A stretch of 58,883 bases of DNA, the filler included, from Sphacelaria rigidula (taxonomy: Eukaryota), in NCBI GenBank assembly GCA_964200075.2. It is 9 parts of 9 records of this genome, joined end to end, with 100 filler letters (N's around TTAATTAATTAA, not from the genome) between each part and the next. Parts side by side here need not be neighbours in the genome. Positions count along the whole stretch, not along the records: positions 6,555 to 13,008 come from CAXNAA020019975.1; positions 13,109 to 19,562 come from CAXNAA020019976.1; positions 19,663 to 26,116 come from CAXNAA020019977.1; 6 more parts are not named here. One strand, written 5' to 3'. The first letter of the stretch is position 1; every line of letters begins with the position of its first letter. A program made the translations under genes and the position numbers. Shown in pieces: positions 11,933 to 25,725 of this stretch. The notes below the pieces were generated by a model, which saw nothing but the letters and a program-made list of their open reading frames with translations, searched no databases and had not been told where the DNA came from.

Positions 11933-13008
11933 CCATTTGGCGACAGGTGACCCTTACATCAGCCCCCGATATTGTGACGAAAAATTGCGGCTGGCGCACT
12001 CTAGCTTTTTTCATACAGCATGAGGCCCCTCATGGGCGACATTGGCGGATTTCACGACTACTGAAGCAATTTTGCAGCTGCTCCGTGCACGCACGAGGTT
12101 TTTTTCTTCGTACCGTGTGGCAGGTCCACGTGAAATTTTGTCTGGCGTAGATTTTGTCACAGTGCGCTGTGCAAACCATTCCGTGAAATATTCCACAATA
12201 CAGGGCTTTCGATCGCGGGTATGCAGTATATACTTCGTACTAGAATCATACAAAACGGGAGCAGCTGCCGGTTTTGGACGTGAGATAACCTTGCCTGCCC
12301 TTACTACAGACAGTGCCGCGCAAATGCGTGCGCCGACCATGAAGATTTTGACCAGCGAAATGATATTATATTCACGGTGATAGCCTCACATGGAGCTAAA
12401 TCAATCAACATGAGACGACAACGTTTCTCTGTGACGACGGATCACAAGCGTCACCTCACCCCACTCCACGAAATACAGCTATTAATAACGCGACGGGAGC
12501 TCAAAACATCTGCCAGTAGCACGACGTCTCATAGACGGTGTGTGTATGTATGTGTGTGTGTGTGAGAGAGAGAGAGAGAAAAGACATGCAGGCAGATAGG
12601 CGGACACAAAAAAATCCTACTAGCTGCGCAGCTTTCTCGATCCCGGTGGAGGCGGCGCAATGAGTCCGGGACTGTCTTGTGTGTAAAGTGCGTACGAGGT
12701 CGATCACATGTGCAGTTCCTTCGGGTCGCTACATGTGTGGTTCTAGATACTGTGGTTTTTGTGCGAAAGAACAATTATGATCACCGCAGAACATGCGAGG
12801 AAAACACCATCACCTGCCCACATGCCAAAAATTTCCGAGAATTATCTTCATCCTACCAAGTGGTGAATACTACTGAAAATTACACCCCACCAAAAAAGGC
12901 TGAAACCCAACGACCAGAAGAGTGTAGCCCCCTTGTTGGTTGGCCCGAAGATCCCGAAGATTCAACGATGCATACAGGTCGCTTGTGTGCCGGAGCTCAC
13001 AAAGATCC

Positions 13009-13108
13009 NNNNNNNNNNNNNNNNNNNNNNNNNNNNNNNNNNNNNNNNNNNNTTAATTAATTAANNNNNNNNNNNNNNNNNNNNNNNNNNNNNNNNNNNN
13101 NNNNNNNN
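13009..13108. other. Artificial contig spacer
   Basis: N44-TTAATTAATTAA-N44. Confidence 0.98.
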
Positions 13109-13429
13109 CGGATTCGTCCCACGGAGGGACGGGGGGAGACGGGTGTTTTCATACTTTTGCCAAAGTCGTTACACCATCGGGGGCTTGCAAGTACGAAAAA
13201 AAAAAAGAGAAAAACTGCACGTCGAAAACAAATGCCTGAAGGAATGCCGACGGTTTTACGGTGGTCTTAAATCATGACGCTACCGCGACAAGTATATTAC
13301 ATTTCATCTTCATTTATTGATGAGGATCATCTGGCATTCTCAACATCACGGTTGCTCGTTTGAGAGAAGTTTGCGCGTACCTCCCTCACTCCGCAACTTG
13401 AGAAGTGGTTCTTCGCGGTATGAGATGAT

Positions 13430-13512
13430 TGGGTACGCGCACGGGCACGGGAACGAGTGGGGGTACGGGTACGGGTATGAGTACTGCCACGGGTACGGGG
13501 AAGGTACGGGTG
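13430..13512. repeat. Degenerate (GGGTAC)n hexamer repeat
   Basis: GGGTACGCGCACGGGCACGGGAACGAGTGGGGGTACGGGTACGGGTATG... Confidence 0.7.
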
Positions 13513-13899
13513 TTTTCGAGCGTATACGGATATAGATGTACACTCGAGGCATCCCGGTGTGTGGAGTATTCTGCCGTACCCATCGCTGGAAAAGCTCGCC
13601 CTCTTTCTTGTTGCCTGTGATCCCCTACCCCCCTTGTGTTCATGAGCCTGGTCCGGCGACAACCCGGCGTGCTCCGTCCCGGCTTTGTAGGGGCGGACCC
13701 CCTCTTTATGGGGTTGGCGTAGGTCGGCGATGACACTGTAAAAAAGGCCACTCTCTGCTTAAGCTGGGCAACCAGGTTACCGTTTCTCTTGCGCACTTGT
13801 GTTTTTTCGCGGTAACCATGATGGTCGTCGAGTTGGATCATATTATGCGGCGTGGGAGAACTTCAACTCCTCTCAAAGGGGATTATCGTACTACGTAGT

Positions 13900-14212
13900 G
13901 TTTGAATGGCCAGACACCCATGAGGCAGTGTGGAAGCCGTGGCTTGTCTCTGGAAGTTGCGATACCAGAAGAAAAATAAAGCAACTCATTGGAGGCTGTT
14001 ATCCAAATGCAAGATAATCAGCACGCTTAAGCCGAACAATCTTAGCAGCATGCAGCCCACGCTGCATGCGACTCGCCGAGCACACCACGGCGCTTCGCGT
14101 TTGGTGATTGATTGCGAGCCTTATTCGGCGAAAACCCGGCGTGCTCCGCCCCGGCTTTGCAGGGATGCGAGGTCAATGGTTATATGACTGTGGCATGCAA
14201 GATCATGAGTTC
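13900..14212 (+). mobile_element. Family B retroposon, long copy
   Basis: Collinear over about 300 bp with 23717-24021 and with the reverse complement of 15071-15280; shorter fragments at 13642-13692 and 39153-39224. Confidence 0.8.
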
Positions 14213-15070
14213 ATGGACTCACCGCGTACAGAGGGCGCCGGTGCCCTACTTGTATTGTCTGCGGAGCAGCGAGGACAGGATACAAGGGCCACCCGGCCGG
14301 GTACCTTCGCATTTACGGTAACATCCACGAGGAACGAGCGTCGTTCATTTGCATTTCCCGCAGCGCCAGATCCGGACTCGTTCTGCATTGGCACCAGCCT
14401 GATTTTTTAATCGAAATATATATACATATCGGGAGTTGGAAGCGATGTACGTCAGAATGTAAGACCTGATATCGTCCGGTATGGTCTGAAACAGCAATAA
14501 GAAAAATGACAGGTGACCTGCAAATGTTATATGTTAGTATTATTGTTACGATCATTATCATTATCATCAGATTATCGCAGTATCTAAAATTATCGTCATC
14601 ACTACCATTATCAGTCACCATCAATGCTACCACTTGTACTAGAAGTAGAAATAGTAGTAGTACGAGCCTAGTACTAGTAGTACTAGTCGTATTAGGATTT
14701 GCTGGCCTGTTCCAAAGATTATTTATTTTGTGTCATAGCATACGTACACACTATTTCCCAGGGATACGACATCACGTTATGATGTGAATTGTAGAGATAT
14801 ACAATACACCCTTTCAGCCCCGGAGCTCCGAAGGACCCCAAATTCGTTATTTGGGGGTCCGCTCACTGTTTGCTGTGCGGTACCTTTAATCTCGGCCCAC
14901 TCCCCCCTCAGGGCAATTCCATGGTCTCACGAGGGGATGAGGCTTCGCGCTTTGTTAAAAATGCCTAAGGTCGGCACGTTTATCTGTGACTCCTCGACCT
15001 TGCTACTGGGATCCCACCACTAACCCTTATAACAACCCCATGCACACCGAGAAAGCTCGGGCAGTGGGCT

Positions 15071-15280
15071 TGTACTCATATGATCTTGCATGCCGTAGTC
15101 ACGTAACCATTGGCCTCTCGTCCCCTCAAAGCTGGGACGGAGCACGCCGTGTTTTCGCCGGGCCAGGCTCGCTATCAATCACCAAGCGCGAAACGCCGTG
15201 ATGTGTTCGGCGAGTGACATGAAGGGTGAGCTGCATCCTACCAAGATTGTTCGGCTCGAAGCCTACTGACTGGCTTCGAG
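15071..15280 (-). mobile_element. Family B retroposon copy
   Basis: TGTACTCATATGATCTTGCATGCC...GGGACGGAGCACGCCGTGTTTTCGCCGG...AAGATTGTTCGGCTCGAAGCCTAC is the reverse complement of family B. Confidence 0.75.
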
Positions 15281-15288
15281 CGATGGGG

Positions 15289-15354
15289 CGTTTTCATTTG
15301 TTGCTCGCCTTCGTCGTTTGACCATTGACCACGCATCCCTTTTGAGACAGAGCA
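15289..15354 (-). mobile_element. LINE family A 3' fragment
   Basis: Minus strand encodes ...KGCVVNGQTTKASNK*; flanked by G-runs. Confidence 0.75.
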
Positions 15355-16734
15355 GGGGGGAGGTATATAAGGTACTCTCGACAAGAGCATGCGTCGGCAG
15401 ACCTCAGAAACATCGGTGCCGCGGCCGCCGACTCGGGTGAAAACACGCGCTGCGAGAGCTCGGGAAGGCAGTCCCCCCCGAAAATTGGAATTGTGGTGTC
15501 CACACTGAATCCTGGTCAGGCAACGATGGAGTATGACTGTGGACGAAATCAAGCAAATTGTACAGCGAGGGGTCGATCAACGCACCTGTTCCTGTATCTA
15601 CCGTGCACTTTCAAAACTGCACAAGGTATTGCATCAGCACTCCCGCAGTTAGACGACTGTCTTTGCACGCTCGACATTTCGATCGTTTGGCAAGTTTTGC
15701 TTTCGCTTTCCGACCACACAAATGAAAGGAAGAAAACTCAGTCAAGATGGGAATCGGAGGGCCGGCAGGCGAGTAACCTGTTCGGGGCGAGGTATAAGTG
15801 AGAGAGGCTCACGCTGAGCAAACAAATGGAAGTGGCCGTGAAAGGTAAACCTTATGTCGTTGATGTCTGCTATTGCTGAAAAGCATAGATTGCTCTGCTT
15901 CGCATTGCGCTTCCAATTTTCTTTTCCTTTGTTATGATGGAAAAGGAGCATAATCGGCATACATGTAGAAACACAGAAAGAAACACTTACTTAAATTTCA
16001 TTGTATAAATCCACTGAAGCTCTCGCGTCTGTACAACCACAAACATACCCGCCGGCCGTCGTGACTGCTGAATGCGGTTGATGAAGTTCATCTCCACGGC
16101 TACCAACTCTATAACACTGAAGACAGTTGTAGTCGTACTGTAAAGTGTATGTGTTAGCGTTGTGGTGCTGGGGTGTGTACTCGACGGGGATAGTCTTGAC
16201 TGTCTGGTCTCTCAAAAGCTACTTTTCGTGTGACGGAATGCTGTTTGCTTGACGACAACGCACTCGATGTAGGAAAAGGGCCGGCCGTGGTTATAGAGAA
16301 AAAGTGCACTGCGTACCGGAGCAACAGTCTCTCCGCTCCTACACTGTACAAAAAACACACCCGCTCGCCGTCAGGACTTCGATGTACGAAGAGGGTCGGC
16401 CGTGGTTGTGGGAAAAACGCAAAACGTATATCCACCTACATCCGGGGAAATAGGAATCCACCCACACCGTTCGTTATGACCGATCCCGCGTCGTTTTTTA
16501 TCATTCTGGAGCGCACGTTTTCTAAATCTGAGGCCCGATACCGATGTTCGCAAACGAAGTAAAGTCTTCACGTGTACCGTAGTGCAGGCACTAGTCAGTA
16601 GTCATATCCTCTGCATCTGCATACACTGTCATATACCTGCACCTGCATGTAGCCTCGAACCCTACAGTGAAGACGGTGTAGTACTGTACTGTATTGGCGA
16701 AGCACAGCTACCTACCGTGTTCGCGAGTACAGCC

Positions 16735-16915
16735 CGTACTTGCAACCTTGCACAACTGTACTGTCTGTGCTTGCAGAGTACCTGTGCTTGTCACCTTGCA
16801 CTACTGTACTTGTCTGTGCTTGCAGAGTACAGCCTGTACTCGGACATGCAGTGGTACAAGGTTACAAGTACAGGCTACAGTTGTGCCGTGTTTGAGAAGC
16901 ACAGCCTGTACTTAT
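16735..16915. repeat. Degenerate about 49-bp CTGTACT-rich tandem repeat
   Basis: CCTTGCAC(A/T)ACTGTACT(T)GTCTGTGCTTGCAGAGTAC occurs twice, plus diverged neighbouring units. Confidence 0.5.
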
Positions 16916-19562
16916 AATGTGCTACTGTTTGCAAAATCCCCGGCCTGTACTTGTGAATACTCATACGCTCTGCTGCAACACCCTGGCACTGCATTGTACT
17001 ACTACTGTTATACCGCAAGGTCTACATCGTACTGTGTGTATTGTGTCCATCATCTCCAGAAAAAAAATCTCATCCACGGCACCACCGGATGATGAAAAGT
17101 CGGAGTGGGTGTTTCCCGTCGTACTTCACAGTGACTCGTGCTGGCTGGATTTCGATGCTTCGTCGGTCCTCTTTGGATTTGTCGCTGCTGTATACACCCA
17201 TTTCTTTTCGTTTCGTCTTCTACGTGCTTACCGTTTCCTTTGAATTGTGCGATCAATTTTACTAGACGCTCAGAGTCATGCGAAGGGGGGTTGCCCATTT
17301 TGAATGCGGTTGATGCAGTTCATCTCCATGCCAACCAGCTCTCCGGTTTTGAAAAGTTCTAAAAACACTGTTGGACTTCTGTATTGTGTACGCAGTGCAC
17401 TTCTAATCATGTAGTCTACCGTCGAAAAGTTATAACAACACTGCCGGACTTCTGCATTGTGTTCAGTGTAATACTCTGTACTATTTCTGCATTGTGTTCA
17501 GTGTAATACTCTGTACTATTTATGATATTTTACTGCATTGTACTGCCAAAGTTCTAGAAAAAAACGAAGGTTTCTGTCACAGATTTTCTGTCACAAGAAA
17601 TCGATGTGACATGAGAAAAGGTCCAAGACAACACCATTTTTTTGCAAAAATTGGAATAGTGCTCAACCAAAACATTTGGCGGCGAAAATAAGACGTGGAC
17701 TTGAACCGACTTGCGGTGTTTTCTGCCGACAAAACGCACGCACTGTTGCTTCCTTTCTACACTGTTCAGCAGGTGAAGTCAGGGAGGGGGAGACAAGTGG
17801 GCTAGTGCTTAGCACAGCTGTGAAGCTGCCGTATTCATCACAGCCGTCCCGTACCCTGAGGTGTCCCAAACTGGTAAGATATACTTGCCCATGTCTGATT
17901 TGTTTGAGCATCAACCCACCCCCCCCCCCCCAACTGACTCTGGACGCTTCGACATTTTTTTGGCAAAGCATATATACGCTCCCGCCGACATTATTTAATT
18001 ATATTCGCACGCCCGAAATCCGGCCGAACACTATACATACCCCTCAGTGGCAACAAAACAATACATACCTTATATTTGTCGCCACCACCGTACACCACAT
18101 ACTGGATAGGCTTCTCTGCACCATATTCCAATAGCTATCGGTTTTAAACGCTCTATATTCAATAGCTCAGGTAAGCATCAAAACGCACGATATCATACAT
18201 TGCACTGTTATCAACATACGATACAAGGGGCGTATAATTGGAAGCTAAAAATCTACAAAGCAAACCACAAAGTAGTTGACCGAGTTTGTTCGACGAGGGC
18301 GGACGCGGATGTCACCCAGACACGCATAGCACCGTCAACATCGCATCGCATGATCGTGAAGTCTTTACATGATACATACAACACAGAAAACGTGGTACAC
18401 CACAATGCAGAACAGTTCGCTTGTCCGAGCAAACAGCAGTACATATCGAGAAGCAAAAAAAAAAGAACACCACATGGAGCAAACTTCACGCCTGGTCGAT
18501 GCCGTGCAGTAGAATCGCAAATTGGCTTTTTCTCGTCGTTGTTGACCCGACCCGTCCCGTCATTCGAAACTCATGAACGTCTCAAAATCCGTAGATACAT
18601 ATATAAATCACTGTGCAATAAAACTCTCACGCACCGCACAGGGATCGGATTCTCGGATCCAGAGGCAAGCGGATTTCTGTTCGTGGTGCGTCGCCATTGA
18701 ACAGGCTGTCCGCAATGTCGGCACGGCTTCGTTTTCGCTTCCATCTTCCTCCAGTGCGCGCCGCCAAACACTTGTTCGGGTATCACGAAGGGCTGCTCAA
18801 GTACCTGCAAGAAAGAGGAGATGACCGTACGAGCAATTTGTATTGAGTAATGCTCAAAACACCTGTGTCATCATTTGCGGCCCGCACTACGATACCGCTC
18901 CATATCTGCGAATTTTCTCGAATGCCAGCCAGTTTGTCATTTTCCATGCTTGATTTTCAGTGTACGTGAGTAGTGTCAACACGCGTACTCCCGATGAAAG
19001 AGGGCGATGACGATAGGATGTATCGTTTTGCCTTGGAAATCTTTCAACCGCGGGTCTACAAGAGAAGAGCTAATGTGACGATCTGAAAACGGATGTGTGG
19101 TGGCCGGCAGTACCACGGCGAACACAACTGGACGGCAAGTACACAAATAAGTAAAAATGAGAGAGCAGGTGATCTTGGCGGCATATTGAAAAGAATTATA
19201 TCTCCGCTTCCCGTCCTGCAACGAAGGCCATGATCGGTGCGGTCGGTACGGCGTGGGGAGGGTCTTTTCGGCGGGTGTAGGGCCGGAATCACCTTCAAGG
19301 AGTGATTCCTTCTCACTACTACCCTGAGCCAAGTGGTGTGGTACTAGAGTTGGGTCAGCACGGCGCTCATCAGGCACACCCACCCCTATTCTAATGCAGC
19401 AGTGTAATATGTCACACCCTGAGTGCTGGCATATCCTGCGTTACAAGCAGTGTAATGTGTTTACACCTTGAGTGTGGGCATGTTGGGATATGGTGTGTGC
19501 GCGGAGGCAGATGACACCGCTGTCGAAAGCTGGCACGCACACCCTTGATACAAAGGAGCGTG

Positions 19563-19662
19563 NNNNNNNNNNNNNNNNNNNNNNNNNNNNNNNNNNNNNN
19601 NNNNNNTTAATTAATTAANNNNNNNNNNNNNNNNNNNNNNNNNNNNNNNNNNNNNNNNNNNN
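19563..19662. other. Artificial contig spacer
   Basis: N44-TTAATTAATTAA-N44. Confidence 0.98.
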
Positions 19663-22600
19663 GACTTTCTTCCGGGGGGCTGCGCTACCTGATTCGGTAG
19701 TACGCTTGGAAACGTTGGCCTGTTTCTCCTGTGTGACAGAAGAGTTACGTCTAGCAGTACTCCTATCCTGCGGGGGGGGTCCTTTATCTACTGTCTGTTC
19801 GGGCTTCGGTTCACCTTTACCTTTACTCTGCTGCTCATTGTTACTGGAACTGGATGCGCGACCGTTGTGTCCCTTTTAGAAAGGGGCGTTACCCTTGGGA
19901 GGTTTACCAGGGCATTTTGTGTGTTGTCCAACGTTCTGAGGGTTGTTTCCCGGAGTGGTTTTGTTTTATGCCTCTCTTCAGGTTGCCTACGCTTTTCGAT
20001 ATCGTTACTACGGAAGCAGGCAGAGACTCCAGGGACAACTCGCTATCCGTCTTAGCTAATGCCGAAAAAAGTTGCACTTTCGGGGGGGGGACCATCGTAG
20101 AAAGTGTCGTAGAGTCCCATTTTCTTTCGGCCCTCTCCCACCTTCATCAATGCTTACTTTTATCGGTGGCAACGCTTCTTTTGCTTTCAAGATGCCTTAG
20201 TGCAGTCGCTAGCCGTCATGCTTGTCACGCCTCGTCGTTCCTTTACTCTTCCCCGTGCCTACCTTTTTTCTACTGCGATGTGTTCCAAAATCAGTACATT
20301 CAAAGCATTACCGACTTCTTCACATCCGACATCATTCACGCCAGATTTTGGCAGCATCTGTGACTGTGCAGCGGCTTCGTTTCTTCTCATCTTGGGCTCC
20401 GTTTCTTTCGGCTTTGTGTCGTGTTCTGTGCCTGAGCGTCTTTCTTTGCTCGTACCGAATCGTGGAAATCAATTTCCACCAAACGTGGCTACTTTTTGCT
20501 TTTCCCCGGCGCTTTGGGGGCCAAGAGGGGGAGGTGGGTGGGGTAGGAATGCCCTGCGTTCTACACGCAGCTAGTATAAACATGAGTTACCTGATATGAG
20601 GGCGGGAAGATCAAGTGTCTCGAATTAGTAATGTTCCTACCAGGGTGATCAAGTCGCTTGATATTGATGTGGTGTCAGGTCAGTTGATGTGACAGTTGAT
20701 GCTTCCGTGAAGCCATTTCCTTACTTTCGTGAACCTGGGATCTTATCCAACATCACGAGGGCTATTAGAAGTTGGTTCTTGTTCCCTGCGACATTTCGAT
20801 TCATGCGTTTGCTGTTACTACACGTCTATACAGCAGCAGGTGGCAAGTTGGTCGTTTAGATCGCACACCGGCAATTTTTCACCTTGCAGTGTGTTCCTTG
20901 TAGTTCGATCATTGTTTTTGGGCTCATTCTTCTTGTATACCGCTCTCGTGTAAAGACTTCCTCTGTCAACTCTTGCGTTTATGATCATGGGTGGTACGCT
21001 CCACGCACCCCGTGATCACGATCCGGAGGGATCGAACTAGAGTGTTCGAGGAATCAAGCTAATGTGACGTAAGAATTCAAAATTAAAAGATGACAGTGCT
21101 CCGAAGGTGGGAGTTGAGATAAAATATGTCCGTGCCATGTATTTTGAGCACGTATCACTCCCGTGCCGTGCCCTTCCCGACTTTCCGTAAAAAAAAGAAT
21201 GGTCAAAGGACGAGCACGGCGCCCAAACTAGTCGCGGTGCTATCAACAATGGTTATGATTGCCTCGTCGAACATTCACATGAGCTCTTAGCTCGTTTTTG
21301 CTCACGTAGAGAGAGTAAAACCAAGGGTCACGACGGGTAATGCATCCACGGCGCGCACGGAGGCGTGTCTGTCCCCGTTACAAACGGAAACCCTCCCTCT
21401 CCTCTAGTTGGAATACCCGTAGGCCACATCAACTAGCCCTCTGCGCCAGTCAGCCGAAAAGCTGGGCTCATCCTCGCATTACCCTTCAACCATTACCCCG
21501 CAATCCACAACAGATACCGCCAAGCTGCGGTGCTTCTTCTCCACGATATAGCCCTGGATGTCACTCGCAAGGTTCCTGATTATTCTCGCATGCCTGCGAG
21601 CGCCACGGCGTGCGCCAAGGGTAGCTCCGCGGAGTATTGCGCTGCGGTCCGGAATATTCGGCGTTCGCCACAAGTGAAGGCTTGGCGAAAATCTAGCCGC
21701 TTCATTTTCGGAGAACGCCAAGCGATAAGCGCCAGGTACGGAAACTCCTGAAATCTTGGGAGATCTCCGGGAAAACTATGTCGATTAGAACGGCCTTGAC
21801 TTGAGTGTCAAAATAAGCATCTAGCGACGTTATAAATTCCGCCGCTCACGATGTCACCCAGCCTTATTGCTCAGCCAGCAGGATTGAATTCGATTTCAGT
21901 GTGTATCGTTTGTTATTCCGTCGACATGAAGTTAACCGGCGGAATACCGTTGTCCCCATAACCAAGGTCTCCATTTAATGATCTTCGAAGCACATCGAAT
22001 AGGCGTAGAGGGGTTTTCGCCTTACAACCGCAGAACACGACAGGCGAGAGGTCCCGATCTGGAATAGCATTGTCAATCTGTGTAGAGTTCAACCAGCGTG
22101 CAAATCCTTTGCTATTTGTGAGAAGAGAAGGTAATGCCACTTGTACCACACGCGACCATCCGGCTACCCCCATAAAAATCCTCTCTGGCGGTTTTCAACT
22201 GCACATACTTCGTGCCCCAGGTTCACATATTTCACATATACCCATGGTAATACCGGTACGATTACAGAGAAACCAACGCATGTGCACTTAAACATGTAAA
22301 TATGTGTATCCGCGCACCATCTCTGGGAAATATCCTCTACTCTGGTGCTTTTTTTTTACCAGAACAACGTTGATATCACCCTCCAGGCTCAAGACGTTCA
22401 CAACTCAACGTGTCTGTAAATGCGTTTTCCGCAGAGAAGCCCGCATAACAATGTTCTCAAAATAGTGTTTTGTTTCCACAAAATGTGGTTGTAGCCTGAA
22501 CGAACTCCCTGGGAGGGGGTAAATGTGCGGGCCCGTCGGCCTAACTTCACCCGTCCCTAAACAGAGGCGCTCCGTTAGTTGCAGATCCACCCCACAATGC

Positions 22601-22982
22601 CGTGACCCGTCTTTTGATAGGGAAGCTCCCAAGCTTCCGAGCTTCGAACATATTAACCAGTCTCCAAGGACGAGAAAAACAGTTGCGATCCATGCTGGCA
22701 ACATCCACGTTCGCACCGACGATTCGAATCTTTGGCCGATGCTCATGAACCCGGTACCATCTGCCCGGAGGAACGACCTGTTGAGTTCCGTGTTCAGCTT
22801 TCATACCACGGCTCCATCAAGGTGAGAACGTCCCGCGTAGCCACCATCGAGAAAGGTTCGCCTGGAGAATGCTGACGATGAGCAGCATATCCTACTGGAG
22901 ATCAATACTTACCGAAGGCGAAGATACGACTCGATGGTGGTTGTTGAGCTACCAACTATGATCCGCCCTCTGCCTTGGCTCA

Positions 22983-23117
22983 TCAACGAGGCTTTGTTTT
23001 TCTCAACTCATTGAGGATACGCTTCGTGGCGATAGTGTCTTCATCATTTTCCCCAAGCGACTTTCTGCGAATTGCCAAGGCCCTCTCGAGGCTAGCTTCG
23101 GCCTCCTTGTACATTCC
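22983..23117 (-). CDS. Terminal exon of a TPR-repeat protein (kinesin-light-chain-like TPR; NB-ARC-TPR type)
   Basis: CAG acceptor, phase 0, GMYKEAEASLERALAIRRKSLGENDEDTIATKRILNELRKTKPR*; a diverged capping repeat in phase with the upstream 126-bp exons. Confidence 0.8.
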   Translation of the reverse strand, partial: GMYKEAEASLERALAIRRKSLGENDEDTIATKRILNELRKTKPR

Positions 23118-23716
23118 CTGCACGTGTTTCGGGGGCATATAAATGTATGAAACAGGCGAGCAGCGGACACGCACACGAGTTGGCAAATGCGCTGTGGAAC
23201 TCAGTCGACGAAATACTCTGCGAGATTCATTGTGCCTTCAGTAGCACGTCAAGTATCGGGGCGTATCGTGATCTGCTACCTGCAGATCGGGACTGAGTGT
23301 GACCAATAGCCTGCATCATATGACGGAGGTGATGCAAGCTGTAGAGATCCCAGCCGGATACCGGAATCGGAGCTGGGGCAGAACGTAGCCAATGTCCAGC
23401 GCGGTGGTCAGGGGTATGACGGATCCAGGACGTGCCGCTCATTGAGCAAACCATGCGGTACATTCCTGGGTTCCCGCTTCCGCGCCTTCACATCGGCGAA
23501 GCATCAGGTCAGCGGTCAGCCAGCGCGACAGGGGATTATCTCATGACAACGCGACTGAGACGTTTCCCAGCGCGTCGTGCACGACAGCGGGAAGCGGTCC
23601 CCAACGAGTCAAGTTCAACAACGCCTTCTATCACACGTTTTCACATGCCACGATGACCCAGGCTAGAGAGCTGTCGGTGAATAGCGTAACCAATCCCCCC
23701 CCCACCACCACCACTG

Positions 23717-24021
23717 GTTTGAGACCCATGAGGCAGTGTAAAAGCTGTGGCTGTCGCTGGAAGTGGCGATACCACAAAATGAAGCAACTCATTGTTGGCT
23801 GTCATCCAAGTGCAAGATTATCATTAGGCTTCGGGACGAACAATCTCGACAGGATGCAGCTCTCCCTTCATGCGACTCGTCGAACACACCACGGCGCTTG
23901 GCGCTCAGTGGTTCGGGTATGCAAGCCTGGGCCGGCGAAAACCCGGCGTGCTCCGTCCCGGCTCTGTAGGGATGCGAGGTCAATGGTCTTATGAGTCTGG
24001 CATGCATGATCATGACTACAC
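23717..24021 (+). mobile_element. Family B retroposon in the last TPR-gene intron
   Basis: Matches 13900-14212; C/CA-rich runs on both sides; a second short 3' stub follows at about 24055-24092. Confidence 0.8.
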
Positions 24022-25084
24022 CCCACACACACACACACACACCAGCGACCCTTCTTGATCTCATGACTGCGACATGCATGATCACGAGCACACCACCAGT
24101 GCACGGTGCTGGCTTGGTATGGGCGTAAAGGTCTTGCGACAACGACATTAAAAATCATAGGTACACCCCGTCTTTCCCGCCCTCCGTCGCCTTTTTTCCG
24201 CGTAGGATTTCATCTCTGCGGACGATGTTGTGGGGAAATAAAAGATCCAGAAGGATCGCACGAACGAATAGGAGGGTCACCATAAGGCGCGCGGTATAGA
24301 TGTGACAGCGAACGTGAACACATGCCGTGTAGTGACGTAACGAGGGTAAACACGCGGTAAAGTTTAAATGGAAGTGGGAATCACCGATCTTAGACCAGTA
24401 TACATACCCTGGTGTACGCTCTGGGCCAGTCTTGAGATGTGAAACCTTTTGAGCACACAAGTATTCCTGACTCAGCCGCATATCGCAACCTGATTACGCA
24501 CGGCTCTGCCGCCGTTCGAATCACGTTGACGCGCACCGTCACAACCGTACTGGGAATGCTGCACGATGACACAAAGCTCGTCAGTAGCTGCATCATGGAA
24601 GACCAACTCAGAGACGACTGTCACGTACAACGGGAGCAGGCAAAAGCGCAAACTGAAGTTGGGCTGCATTGCTCTTCCTCGATTAAATGAGAAAGGTTCC
24701 CTCAGCAGAGACTCTTCGCGAGATCGCTGGAACCGGGCGCAGAAGTATAGATATTCCAACGCACAGGTTTGCTTTGGTTTAGGATTCAGATTCCCTGTCC
24801 ATGATTCCGGTTTGAAGCTTCAAAATTAATGATGATGATGCGCTTGATGCAAACTCACGAGATTTCTGCAGGCCGAGGGAGCAAAATGACGGTTTTTAGA
24901 CACTCCACACCCGGCTAGACGGTAACCGACACGCTGAACGGCTCTCACGCGTTCGGCGAGTTGATCACGCCGTACCGATGGCCTCGCCGCCACTGGCCCA
25001 CACCATCACCGAACAACAACCAACACCACACATGGCAGGTGACACGTCGACACACGACTACCCAAAGCCTCAATCGGCTCTCAC

Positions 25085-25210
25085 CTGCGCTTGATACAAT
25101 CCCGCACGGTTGTGAAGCGTCGCGGCCAACGACGGGTGCTCGGCACCTAGCACCTTTTCTTCGATCGTCTGACACTGCTCATACAGCGGCTCGGCCTCCT
25201 CGTACCTCCC
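25085..25210 (-). CDS. 126-bp TPR exon (42 aa)
   Basis: CAG|GRYEEAEPLYEQCQTIEEKVLGAEHPSLAATLHNRAGLYQAQ|GTGAGA; phase 0-0. Confidence 0.9.
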
Positions 25211-25303
25211 CTGCATTGTAGTAATCACCGAACAACAACAAACACTAATCACGGGCGTTCACACGTCGACACACGACTACCAAAAGCCTCCATGGCCTCT
25301 CAC

Positions 25304-25429
25304 CTGCGCTTGATACAATCCCGCACGGTTGTAGAGCGTCGTTGCCAACGACGGGTGCTCGGGACCTAGCACCTTTTCTTGGATCGCCTGACAACGCTCA
25401 TACAGCGGCTCGGCCTCCTCGTACCTCCC
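25304..25429 (-). CDS. 126-bp TPR exon (42 aa)
   Basis: CAG|GRYEEAEPLYERCQAIQEKVLGPEHPSLATTLYNRAGLYQAQ|GTGAGA; phase 0-0; translated by hand, not in the ORF track. Confidence 0.9.
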
Positions 25430-25725
25430 CTGCATTGTAGTACACAGCGTGAGCGCGTGTGCGTTTCACTCACAGATCGACCTACAACTGCGGTGACACG
25501 CTGGCGCCACCGCCCCGCCCGCATGTGCAGGCGGTGAGGGCTGTATGCTCACAACGAATGGTGCTACGCCTGGTTGTCACGACTCTCACGCGTACGGCGA
25601 GTTGATCACGCCGTACCGATGGCCTCGCTGCCACTGGCCCACACCATCACCGAACAACAACCAACACCACACATGGCCGTTCACACGTCGACACACGACT
25701 ACCAAAAGCCTCCATGGGCTCTCAC

